Assembly: GCF_001194135.2 (NCBI RefSeq)
Contig: NC_068994.1
Coordinates: 57,228,664 to 57,261,138, forward strand
Origin: Octopus bimaculoides
Taxonomy: Eukaryota
Length of the DNA: 32,475 nucleotides
Direction of reading: 5' to 3'
The notes under the pieces are model-generated. The model did no database searches. It was not told the origin of the DNA and saw only the letters and a program-made list of their open reading frames with translations. Position 1 is the first letter of the stretch, and the number at the start of each line of letters is the position of its first letter. This document shows positions 1 to 11,160 of this stretch, piece after piece. A program made the translations under genes and the position numbers.

Positions 1-290
1 TTGTAGAACCTGGAACATGTAGCAATGTCTATGGAGATGGCAAGCTTTTCGGAGCCGTCTATAGTGACGCCATTCTTGTTGCTTTTATCCACTGCAAGTC
101 ACTAGCTTCGTGTGAAATATGAGCAGAGAAGATTCCTAAGGGTGACTGGTAATCTAATGGCTGGATTGTGTGTCCTATGTGCCTTAAAGTCGGTTAGTCG
201 AGTGGCTGTTTTCAGAATATGGTATCGGAATTTAGTGAGTGCTGCAAGAGTTCTGTCCCAGACGTGAGCCCAATACTTCCTTGCGGGTGG
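1..290 (-). mobile_element. Possible heavily decayed CR1/Jockey-like LINE endonuclease fragment
   Basis: The minus-strand frame with stops reads QHSLNSDTIF*KQPLD*PTLRHIGHTIQPLDYQSPLGIFSAHISH. HSLNSD and LGIFSAH lie ~29 aa apart, resembling the RSPNSD...LGDFNAH motifs and spacing of APE-type LINE endonucleases. The region is locally GC-richer. Weak, by-eye match. Confidence 0.3.
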
Positions 291-430
291 GGTTACCTGA
301 ATCTTTAAAGGTATCAAGTACGACACAATATTGCTTATAACATTTTACAAGGCTTTCACTTATGTTGGTTAATATAGTAAAGTAGGCCATGAGCGAAGCT
401 GGCTATGCAGGAACCGCGTTGAGGGTCGTT

Positions 431-559
<129 letters not shown>

Positions 560-675
560 ATAACTCTCATGAAATAATTATTTAGCATTGAGTTAGACAC
601 TCCTTTGTCATACTCATAATCAGAAATGCAGTGAACCAGTAATTGCGCCGTCAGAAATATCTAACCAACGATTGT

Positions 676-990
676 TGTGTATATATATATGTGATAACAG
701 ACAAACAGACAGACAGACGCGCACCCACGTTATATTTCTGTGCCCGCGCAACACACAAACACACACATACACATAAACGGACACACACACATATATATAT
801 ATACATTATATGTAGAGAAATATTTACACATATATATATACATACATATATATATACTGTAAGTATACACGCATACCTATATATACTGTAAGTATACACA
901 CATATATATATATGTATGTGTGTATATATGAATATACATATACACAGACACACATATCACACATACATGTGTATGATCTTTGTGTTGATG
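676..990. repeat. Compound AT/CA/GACA microsatellite field with a 22-bp direct duplication
   Basis: Interspersed TA, CA and GACA runs; tatatatactgtaagtatacac occurs at 849-870 and 878-899. Confidence 0.9.
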
Positions 991-1611
991 CTTATGCGTG
1001 ATGTTTTCGCCTGTTTGTGTCTGTCTGTGATGTATATACATTTATTTTAGTGAGTGGTTCCACCATTGAAATGCCAAAGCAATAGACATTGACTTCATAC
1101 CTGAATAGACAGGAAGAATAATCTATTCTACAGAACACTTGACAAGACGAAACCATATGTAGGCAACTCACTCATATCTAAATTAAGATTTATTCCCCTC
1201 ATTGACATATCAGCTTTTTTCTCTCTCTCTCTCTTTCTCTCTCGTTTTAGAAACAAGGACAAATACACCTTTGAACATTCGATCATTGAAAGACGTAAAC
1301 ATAAGTAGATTGTTCAAGTTCAGAGGAGTTGTCTTAGAGAATTAGGAGATGATATACCAAATAATGGTTGTGAACAAACTTGGTGGATTAAATACCACAG
1401 CGCCTATAAAATGGTAGACACAAATTCTTGAGGTTTAATCATCTACCTTTAAATTCTTTAAAATCCGTTTCTTTTCGGTTTTGCCTTGCCTTGTTAATCT
1501 GACGTATATCAGATAAAGACTGAGAATTATAATATTGTAGACCGAATCGACCAATCATTTCTGAGTTAATATAGTAGGCGGAACCTGTACAGAAGTCCGT
1601 CAAATACACAG

Positions 1612-1645
<34 letters not shown>

Positions 1646-2605
1646 GTGTGTATGTTCGTGTATTTTACTAGAAAGAAGGCGCTGGTTTCTAACACTGAAA
1701 CGATGATCCTTGCTGGAACCTGAAGTAGAACAATGATAAGAGTTACATGCTGAACTTAAGAAATGTTTTGCGTATTTTCCAATTATTGATTAAGGCTGTG
1801 GAATGCTTAAAAGCATCTCGTTCTTTGCTAGAAAACTCTAATACCCCAGATTATCAGTAAGACACTTACTAACATGAATAAGTGAAGAAATAAATATTGA
1901 GATTAAAGCGGATTTGTAATGATGGCAGAAAAGAAAGAGGTTTCGAAGGAGTGCAGAACCAAACAGAGATAACATGAACGCAAACGTTTTGTATTTGGGG
2001 AGCAGTTTCATTGTACTTAATTGCTAAATACGAACGTTTGGTTGGGGGGGGGGTCAAACTCCATCCGTATTTCAAAGGAAAATACTGTGACTAAATCCAG
2101 CTGTTTCTGAGAATTGTAAATAGTTTAGAGGTAGATTTTTAGTTCGTCCACAAAGAAGTTATGCGATAAATTAATGTCTCTTCTTGCTGTAGACTCTAGA
2201 CCGTGGAGAAATGACAGCGGATTTTATGACAAAATAAACAAAAAGACCAGCAGACTGTCACCTCGGAATATTCACGTTGGAATATACATAAATATCAGAG
2301 ATAATCGTTCCATTTCCAGTTACGAGAACGAGGATTGTTGACAAGGGTTTGATAAGCATTTCGATGGCAGTAACTAAGGCAACAGGTACTTTTAACGGAT
2401 GTTGTGACTTCTATAGCCATCGGAGTGGAATGGAATGAAATACCTTTGTGTAATCAAATAATATTACTACATGGTTTCTGCGAATATTTTTTTTCTTCTT
2501 ACTTCGAACAACCCAGCTTCATTTATTTAAAGTTTTCGGGTACATCCTCACTGGGAAGTGAAGTGCATTTTGTGCGTTTTTTAGCGTGTATACATGCGTG
2601 TGTTT

Positions 2606-2640
<35 letters not shown>

Positions 2641-2878
2641 GCAAATGTATCAGTGTATGTATCTGTGTGGACGTGTACAGAATTCTATATATTTCATAAA
2701 TAATAAAACAAACAACCAGATCATAAACAAACACACACACAAAAAAAAACATGAAATGTGAAGTAGAAGACAGAAAGACAGAGATTTCGAAATTTCAAAA
2801 GATGTCAATAGGATTGTGATTGCATTTGAATGTTTCTAACTTAGACTTTAAATGTCACAAATGTAATGGAGCAGAATG

Positions 2879-2961
2879 GAGAGAAGGAGAGAGAAAGAGA
2901 GACAAAGATAGAGAGAGAGAGAGAGAGAGAGTGAGAGAGAGAGAGAGAGTGAGAGAGAGAA
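2879..2961. repeat. (GA)n microsatellite
   Basis: Directly visible. Confidence 0.95.
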
Positions 2962-3185
2962 GTCTGCTGCACGTTTCTACACCAGACTATGCTATCATAA
3001 CTGAAGAATAGAAGAATCCAAAGGTCATGTGGAACAAGTTACTCCAAAGTATTGTTGTTATTTAATAAGAAACCTACATAAATGCAAAAGATATTTGCGT
3101 TTATTTTTACAAAAAGTTTTTTACATACTTTCTCCATTCCATCGTCTTTTGAGATGACTATTTAGCTAATTATTTACTCATACCT

Positions 3186-3401
3186 ACACACACACACACA
3201 CACACACACACATTCCTATATATATATATAATGTGCGTGTATACATACATATATGTGTGTGAGTATACTTTATATATACATACATATACACAGAAATATG
3301 CACACAAATATGTATAAATATGTATGCATTGCATTTAATGGATTTATACTTGTCCCTCTTTATACATACATACCTACATACATATATGTGTATATATGTT
3401 T

Positions 3402-3454
<53 letters not shown>

Positions 3455-3465
3455 TGTGTATGTAT
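3186..3465. repeat. Compound CA/TA/TG microsatellite field
   Basis: Directly visible. Confidence 0.9.
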
Positions 3466-4299
3466 CCAAACACGCACGTATTTCTTCTCTACCTACGTAG
3501 TGACAACCTGCAAATTCCATTATATATCAAGTTTTCTTTGTGACACTTTCATATGCGTATGTATATATTTTCCAACGCGCTGACATCGCCCGCGTACAAA
3601 ATGACAAACAGAAGCAATTTCAACGCCTGTATGTTATACACAGCTAAACATGGAGTTATTAATACCCATTTTCTACACTGACATACTTTCAAAATGCCAA
3701 CGGCAGTTTATACGCTAAATTAATAATAATATACATATGCATATAATTGTATTAGGGGACCCGATACCTTCAAAAATCTCCAGATAAATACACACATGGC
3801 TGAAAGCGGGACAGTGAAAGAAAATCAAAAAGACCTCACGTTAACTGTGAATTGGTTCAAATTTCTGGATTAAAGCAGAAATTAAGCCTTCTTCCTTGAA
3901 GGCATCGGCAATTTAAGTACGCTGGAGATAGATTGTTTCCGCCCTTGCTCCTGTAATATAGCTATATATATATATATATATATATAAAATAATTATGATT
4001 CAGTTGAATAAGGTGCTTTAGTTGATGCACCAAGCCAGTTGGGTATTATCCGCAAGACTCAAAGTAAGGTGAATTAAAAACAAATAAATAACAAGGATGT
4101 CAGGATATTAACGCAATGCGGCAGTTTCGTGTGGCTACATTTATCGAACAATGCAAGCGTTACATCAATTTGAAATACAGCGCCATTTTCAGTTGCAAAA
4201 TGCAAATTTGTTCGATTCTTCGATTAAATAGTGCCACCTGAAACGGCTGTATTGCATTAATACCTTGACATCTTTCTTACTTATTTGCTTTATATAAAT

Positions 4300-4442
4300 A
4301 CATGTGTGTCTGTGTGTGTGTGCGTGTTTGTGTATGTACATACATATATATATAGATGTACATGATGCATATGTATATATAATGTATATATATATGTGTG
4401 TGTGTGTGTATGTGTGTGTGTGTATGTGTGTGTGTGAGTGCA
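4300..4442. repeat. Compound TG/TA microsatellite field
   Basis: Directly visible. Confidence 0.9.
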
Positions 4443-6010
4443 TGTAACAAAACCTCCATGGATTAGAAGCCCCTAAACAAGGATTCTAATTTAATGAGGG
4501 GTAGCCGAATCTATGAAGGGTAACATGAAAGGAAGAGCATAAATATAATCGTTAGTGTCATATACAAGCATGGTAATGAAGAATAATTCTAGAGAAGGTG
4601 GAGTGTCGAATACATTGTAAGTAGATCCACAACGTCCTATTTGACAGGATATGGAAAGGGATGTGCTTGTGTGTGTATGTGTCTGTAGATACATAGATGA
4701 ATGTGTTTGTTTGAAAACATGTGTATGTTAAAGTACGTGTGCGTATGCGAGCGCGCACGTGCTCTGTGCATTGTCTATAATTTCGTGCTTGCGGGAATGC
4801 AGAGAAATCTTTACAATATATTGTTGTAATATGCGATTTGTTCTTCTAATAATATTTTTTATTTAAGCCTGATGATATACTCCAAGAAATGTTGAACTTA
4901 CCGAGTATTGAAGATTAAAAACAGAATCATTAATACTGAGTTTTGATTGGTGACATCGAGATAGGGCTTCTAACGTATCTGAATATTTTATTTTGCTTTC
5001 CAAATAGAGTTTCTAATTCATATATTTCTTCTATGCTTTTTTTCTTTTACGTATTCTTATTAGAGATATAATTTCACTCTAGAAGTATACGAAGAAATAT
5101 TGCCGAAGATACATAGAGGTCATTTTTATACCATTACATCTGTAGCTGAAAGCAACTATGTTTAAGATAATTATCAGTGGTTACTTTATCTAAGATACCA
5201 TCATTAAAAAATATGTGGCACCAAAATATAAAATTTTGGAGAAAACTTGGTGCAAATGTCCTTTATTTTCCTTTGATAGCTATAATTCGGAGATCTATCA
5301 CATGAGTGCCATTGTACAATCATGTGACTGCCGTTATGGAAGCATTATTGAAAACACTCGAATGTTTTTTTTTATATCTATATATTCTAGAACTGCGTAT
5401 AACATAAAGCTACTTTAAGTGAAACCAATATTCTCACGAATACATAAAATATATAAGGAAAACTGATATATATTTATATAAGTGACCACGGCCATTTATC
5501 ATTGCCAAGTAGTTTTTGTGCAAAGACAAAGGTTAAATTGCTTTGGTGTATTTTAACATGGAGGCAAGATTCATTTTGTCGATAGTTTTGTTATATTCTT
5601 ATACTTTGTCCTCTCCTACATATTTTTTTTAATAAATGACAGAACGATCTAATGCGGTCATTACAGCCTAACCGCAATTACAATAGAGTTTGACAAAGCA
5701 GTCTCATTTCTACACCGTACTCATGAGCAGACTACTGCTGATAATCTCACACCAGACATTGGTCTGATTCTACAGTTAGATTCCTCAAGAACGAACACGA
5801 ACGGAAATACTTCTACCTCGGCTTGTGTACCAATACAAAAGCACAAACAAATACAGAAACCGGTTTCATACATGCATATATACATATGTCTGTATATGTG
5901 TGTGTGATGTGTGTGGGTATGTATGTATGCATGTATGTATGTATGTATGTATAAGGTGGCCCAAAAGTCATTGAGGGTTTTTATTTTTACTAACTCCTAT
6001 ATAAAGCTAA

Positions 6011-6184
6011 TTGCGTCGTGTTCTTGAGCAAGACACTTCATTTCATGTTGCTCCAGTCCCCTCACCCGGCAAAATGAGTAATCCTGCGACGTCCCATCCA
6101 GATGAGGAATATATACGCCATGAAACCATGAATCTGGAAAACCGGCCCTCGTGAGCTTGGCATGGATCGAGAAGGTAACTTTAC
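6011..6184 (+). mobile_element. 5'-truncated SINE (family C core, alternative tail)
   Basis: ttgagcaagacacttcatttcatgttgc (6024-6051) matches 11474-11501 at 26/28 nt. It continues with a different 3' body and ends before a T-run. Confidence 0.75.
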
Positions 6185-6199
6185 ATTTTTTTTTTTTCC

Positions 6200-6425
6200 C
6201 TTTGCCATAGCAATATTATCTCCTCCAAAGCGAATCAATTCAACCGGTATTCCATCATCGAAACCCGGAGCTTTGCTTATGTTTATCTCTTTCACTGTAT
6301 ATATTATCTCCTCAATGATTCACTCATTCATCATTTCTGTCAAATTCTTCTTTTGCGGTTGTCCAGAGATAATTTTATCATCAATTATAGAGGGATTATC
6401 ACATAGATCGTTGAAATGTCCCTGA
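6200..6425 (-). mobile_element. RTE-clade LINE fragment (region just N-terminal to the RT core), inactive
   Basis: The minus frame reads GHFNDLCDNPSIIDDKIISGQPQKKNLTEMMNE*IIEEIIYTVKEINISKAPGFDDGIPVELIRFGG. This matches the non-LTR motif EEV..AIK....KAPG.DGIP.EL...GG and the preceding HF..L.N.PS.I segment typical of RTE ORFs. One internal stop. Confidence 0.85.
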
Positions 6426-6500
6426 TTCTTTCTGGATTTTTGATAAGGTTATGTTTGTTTGTGTTTGTAATCACTGTGTGTGTGTGTATGTGTGTGGGGG

Positions 6501-6630
6501 GACAGGCGTGTTTCAGGGATTAAGAAGTTTACTTCTCAACCATAAGGTCATATTTTCGATCAACTGCGTGGCATTTAGGAAAAGTGCTTTTGCTATAGGT
6601 TCGGTTCTAGACTAGTCTTGTGCGTGAATG
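6501..6630 (+). mobile_element. Degenerate 5' part of SINE family B
   Basis: caggcgtg...taagaagtttacttctcaaccat...caactgcgtggcatttaggaaaagtg is colinear with the head of the 30928-31307 element. Confidence 0.65.
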
Positions 6631-6682
6631 AAAGCTTGACTTAATAGAAGCTGGATCGATGATTTGCTGCAGTAGAAACAAA

Positions 6683-6892
6683 AGGCAGTGAGCTGGCAGA
6701 ATGGTTAGGACGCCGGGAAAAATGCTTAATGGCATGTCCTCTATGTGTGCGTTCTGAGTTCGAATTCTGTTGAAGTAGACTTCCCGATTGATCCTTTCGG
6801 GAATGGTAAAATAAGTTCCAGATCAACACTGGTGTCGATATAATGGAGCCCTTACCCCTGAAATTGCTGGCCTTGCGCCAAAAATTCGAAAG
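6683..6892 (+). mobile_element. SINE family A, near full length (~210 bp)
   Basis: The head gagctggcagaatggttag (A-box-like), gttctgagttcgaattc (B-box-like), central gatcctttcgg and tail gaaattgctggccttgcgcc all recur in copies at 8030, 10315, 10529, 16780, 22455 and 26994. Confidence 0.9.
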
Positions 6893-6944
6893 CAACGTTT
6901 ACAGCAGAACCTAACATACTAACATGGAGACTTAAAGCACCTTC

Positions 6945-7092
6945 ACACACACACCCGCATGTATATATTTAAGTGTGTGTGTGTGCGTGTGTGTGTTCGT
7001 GGGTACACATACATATATACATATATTTATATACATACATATATATATATGTATATACATACATATATACATATGTATGTATGTATGTATTT
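6945..7092. repeat. Compound CA/TG/TA/ATGT microsatellite field
   Basis: Directly visible. Confidence 0.9.
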
Positions 7093-8019
7093 GATTACAT
7101 GTTCATCTATTTGGTAAAAATATTTAGTAACAATTCCAAACAACTACATAAGATTACCGCAACCAAACATGTTTTACATGAGAATTAGACCCTTACACTA
7201 CATCAATCTAGACTAATAGAAGTTGACGTATCCTTGATTGAACTTTCGCCCATATAATTGTATCCTCCTGAAATATAAGCATGAAAGTAAGATGATATCT
7301 TTCAGATAATGTCATTGTAACACGCTCTTTATATGTTCGCAGTCATTCCAATACGAAAATTGACTCGTTTCTATCGTGTCACTTATAATCCATTTGATTC
7401 TCACTTAGTAATGTTGGTTGTGCGCAGAAGCTACACTATTTCACGCGAGATAAGATACCTCAAAAGATATATAGTGCAAACTAATGAGACTATCTAATAA
7501 GATTGCATTCAATCTTTAATGATCAGAACACATGCTTAGAATAATTTTATCATTTCTATCGAACGCAAAATGAAATTTAGCCTTCAATTTATCGGTTCGC
7601 TTCTTAATTTGCTTCGAATATTTATAGATGAAAGCTGACAATTATTCATAATAATACACTTTTAATAAAGGAAGGTCAATTCATTTTATACAATTAGTGT
7701 TATATATTTATCAGAAAAAGCTTAGTATTTCTTGGCACAGATGTTCGCACCCTAGCGTAGAAATATGATGAAGATTGTTCATTTAATATGTCATATTTTA
7801 AAATTATTATATGTCAGAATGGAACACTCGAAGTCTTACCGTCAAAGCATAGTTTTAAAAAAATAAATCAATTTTCGCAGTATGTAACTTCGGAATATTT
7901 GCGAGCCACCAAAAGAAAATTCGGCACCGTGGCATTATATCCAGGAAATTCCAGTAGCAGAATGTCCATCAAAATTCTGCAAAGTCTTTAGATATTAACG
8001 GAATAATTAACAATGTTAT

Positions 8020-8236
8020 ATTCTTTTCTACTCTAGGCACAAGGCCCAAAATTTTGGGGTAGGGGGCCAGTCAATTAGATCTACCCTAGTACGCAACTGG
8101 TACTTAATTTATCAACCCCGAAAGGATGAAAGGCAAAGTCGACCTCCGCGGAATTTGAACTCAGAACGTAAAGACAGACGCAATACCAATTTCTTTATTG
8201 CCCACAGGGGGCCAAACACAGAAATGGACAAAACAA
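8020..8236 (-). mobile_element. SINE family A, well-preserved copy with an alternative 5' segment
   Basis: Contains gaaaggatgaaaggcaaagtcgacctccgcggaatttgaactcagaacgtaaagacagacg. The usual head is replaced from 8188 by aatttctttattgcccacagggggccaaacacag. Confidence 0.92.
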
Positions 8237-8592
8237 CTGGTTGCGATCAGTAATACGTTATGATTTTACATAAAATATGAATATAAAATTTATATATAAA
8301 GAAATCGAATGAAATTAACAATATAGAGACAGCACAAATGTAGCGATGATCAGGCCACGCTTCGACCCCACAATCCCCGATCTATCGCTGGTACCTGTTT
8401 TGTTCTTCTTTTATAGCCTATTCACACGGCTCCTTGCACGCACAACACTCGTGCAACATGCTTCCATCTCTTTTTGAACATACTCTTCATCAGACACCTC
8501 TTCTCCAGCCACACCTTCCTTTTCAAATGAAAAGCAAAAAATGATCGTAAATCGTGATCATGCTGGGGCACCTCCAGTGTACAATAATGTTG

Positions 8593-8655
8593 TTCCCATG
8601 CCGGGAATCGAACCCGAGGGAAAGCCAGGAAACCTAACCACTACACTACATGAGA
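8593..8655 (-). pseudogene. tRNA-Glu(TTC)-derived pseudogene or SINE head with ~9-nt internal deletion
   Basis: The minus strand reads tctcatgtagtgtagtggttaggtttcctggctttccctcgggttcgattcccggcatgggaa (63 nt). The 7-bp acceptor stem tctcatg/catggga pairs, A and B boxes are intact, and the anticodon context is CT-TTC. The 3' anticodon arm and variable loop are missing relative to a canonical 72-nt tRNA-Glu. Confidence 0.8.
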
Positions 8656-9289
8656 CGCGTTCAAACGTACAATTGCATATACATACATGTTTATCTACAT
8701 GCATACATAAACAGAAACAAGTGCATACAAATACACATAACAGCAACTTCAATTCAAGGGAAAACGTAATTTTCTGGTCTAGAAACCGGTTCTTTCTCTC
8801 TTCGTGAGATAACCACAAAATATTGCAAAAAACAAGTGTATGTGTTTGTGTGTACGCGCGCCAGTTTGTGCACGTGAATGGGTTTGTGTATGCTTTCACG
8901 TTTGCGTATTTCTGTTTGCGTATTTCTGTTTAACTGTGTTTCCGTGAGCACTAAAGTATATTCGAGCAATCGGTGCGTTGTACAAAACTTACATATAGTG
9001 TCCTCTTCCGTCACAGATACCGTCATTAATTTACTCTGCTTATCTGTTCGATAAAATAAATAATGAACAAACTACGGCGGTCGATATTATTGACAAAAAT
9101 ACTTAAAAGTGATTCCCCCTGCATCGCTGTCGTCCATCAACGAAAGGAAACCGGTAAAACATAAAAAGAATAAATATGTAACAGCTTCCGGTCATCGGTC
9201 TGTCTCCTGGTATTTCTCTCATTACAATACGTTTTAATTCTCTACCTTAACGTCAAGATAAAAAAATTCAAATGTCTCAGGAGGTGTTG

Positions 9290-9600
9290 ATAATGGCGCC
9301 GTTGGTGTCGTTGTTTTTATCGGTAGTGTTGCTGTTGTTGCTGTTGGTGATGTTGGTGGTGGTGGTGGCGGTAGTGTTGTTCGTGATGGTATTAGTGTTG
9401 CCGTTCATAGTGGTCCTCCTGCTGGAGTTGTTGGTGGTGGTGGTGTTGGTGGTTGTGCTAATGACGACGCTGTTAGTGGTGATGCCGTTAGGGACGGCGG
9501 TGGTGTTTTACTGTTCAGTTGGCGTTTTTCTTCTGATACTGTCGTTGACCTTCTTGTTGTTGTTACTAATGCTACTCCTACCGCTTTGTCTCTCGCTCCC
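9290..9600. repeat. Degenerate trinucleotide low-complexity tract (GGT/GTT/GCT-type)
   Basis: Continuous period-3 pattern; translates as poly-Val/Leu on + and Thr/Pro-rich on -. Confidence 0.8.
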
Positions 9601-9744
9601 ATCGTTGATTCGCCATCAGGTCAGTTCTGTTTGAGCAAACTAACGTTGAAAAGATACCTTCTAGCATTGGCCATGCCACGTTTTCTTTGCGAACTATGAG
9701 TAAATTTACTGTTCTCTTTTTTACCCCCAAGACAGTAGTGTCTT

Positions 9745-9812
9745 TGAAAGTATATTTAGCTGCTATTTGTAACAGGTCGATGGACGACCATGAAGATATT
9801 TCTTTGTTGGGC
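9745..9812 (+). repeat. Fragment of a further dispersed repeat (family E), with weaker relatives at ~16075-16125 and ~18800-18830
   Basis: tttagctgctatttgtaacaggtcga...gaccat resembles ttttggttactttttctagatgtccgaaagaccat (~16090) and ttttagctctcatttctagca (~18806). By-eye alignment only. Confidence 0.4.
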
Positions 9813-10314
9813 TTTGCAAGGCTGAATACAAAGAAAAAAAAGCAAAAAAAATACAGATTGATGGAAAATGTAAATAATGTCATACAATTTTGTAATAACA
9901 TTGCATTATTTTCTAAACTAGCTTCATCGTCAATAACCACTGATGCGTAACCGGAGGCGAAACTTGATCGATCAGTTCTATTATCACTACAAATGTGTTG
10001 TAATGATACAAATATCAGGAGACAGACACATAGCTGGAAGGTGTTGCAGTTAAATATTTATTGTTTTATATTTTAACGGTTCTCCATCGTCATTGGACTT
10101 CGATAACGCTGGGTAACCGCTACCAAACCATTTATACAGTTATATCAGTTAATTGTCTGATATTTCTTTTGTTAAACATTAAGGGGAATAATTCACAGTC
10201 TGCCTCGATCTCAAGAGACGTGTAGTAATAATGCATTTGAACTTTGAGTCATTCATCTTCTTAAATATATCTGGGACTACAAAATTTTGTGATTTTTCAA
10301 ATCTCATCTGTTAA

Positions 10315-10518
10315 ATATTGGTTTCAAACTTGGTACAAGGCTAGCAATTAATTTTGAGCGTGGGGACTGATCGATTACGTCGACCCCACTGCTCACCTAG
10401 AACTTATTTTATCGGCCCTGAAAGAATGACGATCAAAGTCGACCTCGGTGGATCTTGAATTCAGAAGGTAAATGCTAACCATTTATTTGCCCGGCGGGTT
10501 CTGCCAGCTCACCGTCTT
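10315..10518 (-). mobile_element. SINE family A copy (first of a tandem pair)
   Basis: Runs from tail ggtacaaggctagcaatt through aaagtcgacctcggtggatcttgaattcagaa to head ttctgccagctcacc, with a deletion near the head. Confidence 0.88.
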
Positions 10519-10528
10519 ACGTTCTGTT

Positions 10529-10722
10529 AAATGTTGGTTTCTAATTTTGGTGCAAGATCAACATGTTCGCGGAGAAGAGGAAGTCGATTAGATCGACGCC
10601 AATGCCCGCCACGAAAGGGTTAAAGCAAAGTCGACCTTGGTGAAATCTGAACTCAGAACGTAACAAAATGGACGAAATACCGCTCAAAATTACTGCCAAC
10701 GATCCTGTCAGCTCGCCGCCTT
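10529..10722 (-). mobile_element. SINE family A copy (second of a tandem pair)
   Basis: Contains aagtcgattagatcgac, aaagcaaagtcgaccttggtgaaatctgaactcagaacgtaa and cagctcgccgcctt, with a central deletion. Confidence 0.88.
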
Positions 10723-10979
10723 CTGATTTGTTGAATACTGCGTACCATCTTTAACGGATTTAGGACAAATTTAATGTGCTGTTAGTGCGGCAATGGATGC
10801 TATAATAGTAAAATATCAACCAATCGATTGGATACGGTGACTTCCCAATCAATGAGTTACATTTCGAAAGTCTCAAGTGCAGAGAATTGCTACTGTAGCA
10901 AGATACACCTATCAATTGTGCAACAATTGGGCATAATATGAACGATGATAGAACTTCCAGTGTTTTGCTATAATTGCCA

Positions 10980-11160
10980 GAAGTAACATCGAAATGTCCT
11001 TTAAGATACACTCCAACGTCTTAAAAGAAGTAACATCGAAGTGTCCTTTAAGATANNNNNNNNNNGAAGTAACATCGAAGTGTCCTTTAAGATACACTCC
11101 AACGTCTTAAAAGAAGTAACATCGAAAGGTCCTTTAAGATACACTCCAACGTCTTAAAGA
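10980..11160. repeat. 47-bp minisatellite, at least 4 units, interrupted by a 10-N gap
   Basis: The unit gaagtaacatcgaagtgtcctttaagatacactccaacgtcttaaaa starts at 10980, 11027, 11066 and 11113, with only 1-3 differences between units. Confidence 0.97.

Noticed and set aside
1215-1300. Polypyrimidine tract plus ttttAG at 1249-50
   Set aside because: The pyrimidine tract is a (CT)n microsatellite, downstream donors are weak and the peptides are unrecognisable.
4869-4895. Other CTGATGA motifs (~4870 +, ~8490 -, ~29848 -, ~29996 +) as hammerheads
   Set aside because: Each lacks either a pairable stem II or the following GAAA.
5558-5632. Signal-peptide-like MEARFILSIVLLYSYTLSSPTYFF
   Set aside because: It stops after 24 codons, all frames beyond the T-run close quickly, and there is no donor site.
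5951-5972. taaggtggcccaaaagtca resembling a Tc1/mariner TIR start
   Set aside because: No matching inverted copy was found in the window, and it is too short to support a call.
7880-7998. Cys-containing peptide RNICEPPKENSAPWHYIQEIPVAECPSKFCKVFRY, faintly kringle-like
   Set aside because: It is preceded by an in-frame stop with no good acceptor, and the Cys pattern is incomplete.
8400-8550. Strong-looking + acceptor at 8416-17 and - acceptor near 8520
   Set aside because: All frames on both strands hit stops before a credible donor.
9272-9634. 120-aa hydrophobic ORF (+) and mucin-like Thr/Pro frame (-)
   Set aside because: Both arise from a degenerate trinucleotide tract. The minus frame has an internal TGA at 9405-9407 and no convincing splice sites.
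10980-11160. CRISPR-like appearance of the palindromic 47-bp repeat
   Set aside because: The units are directly adjacent with no unique spacers, there are no cas genes, and the context is eukaryotic.
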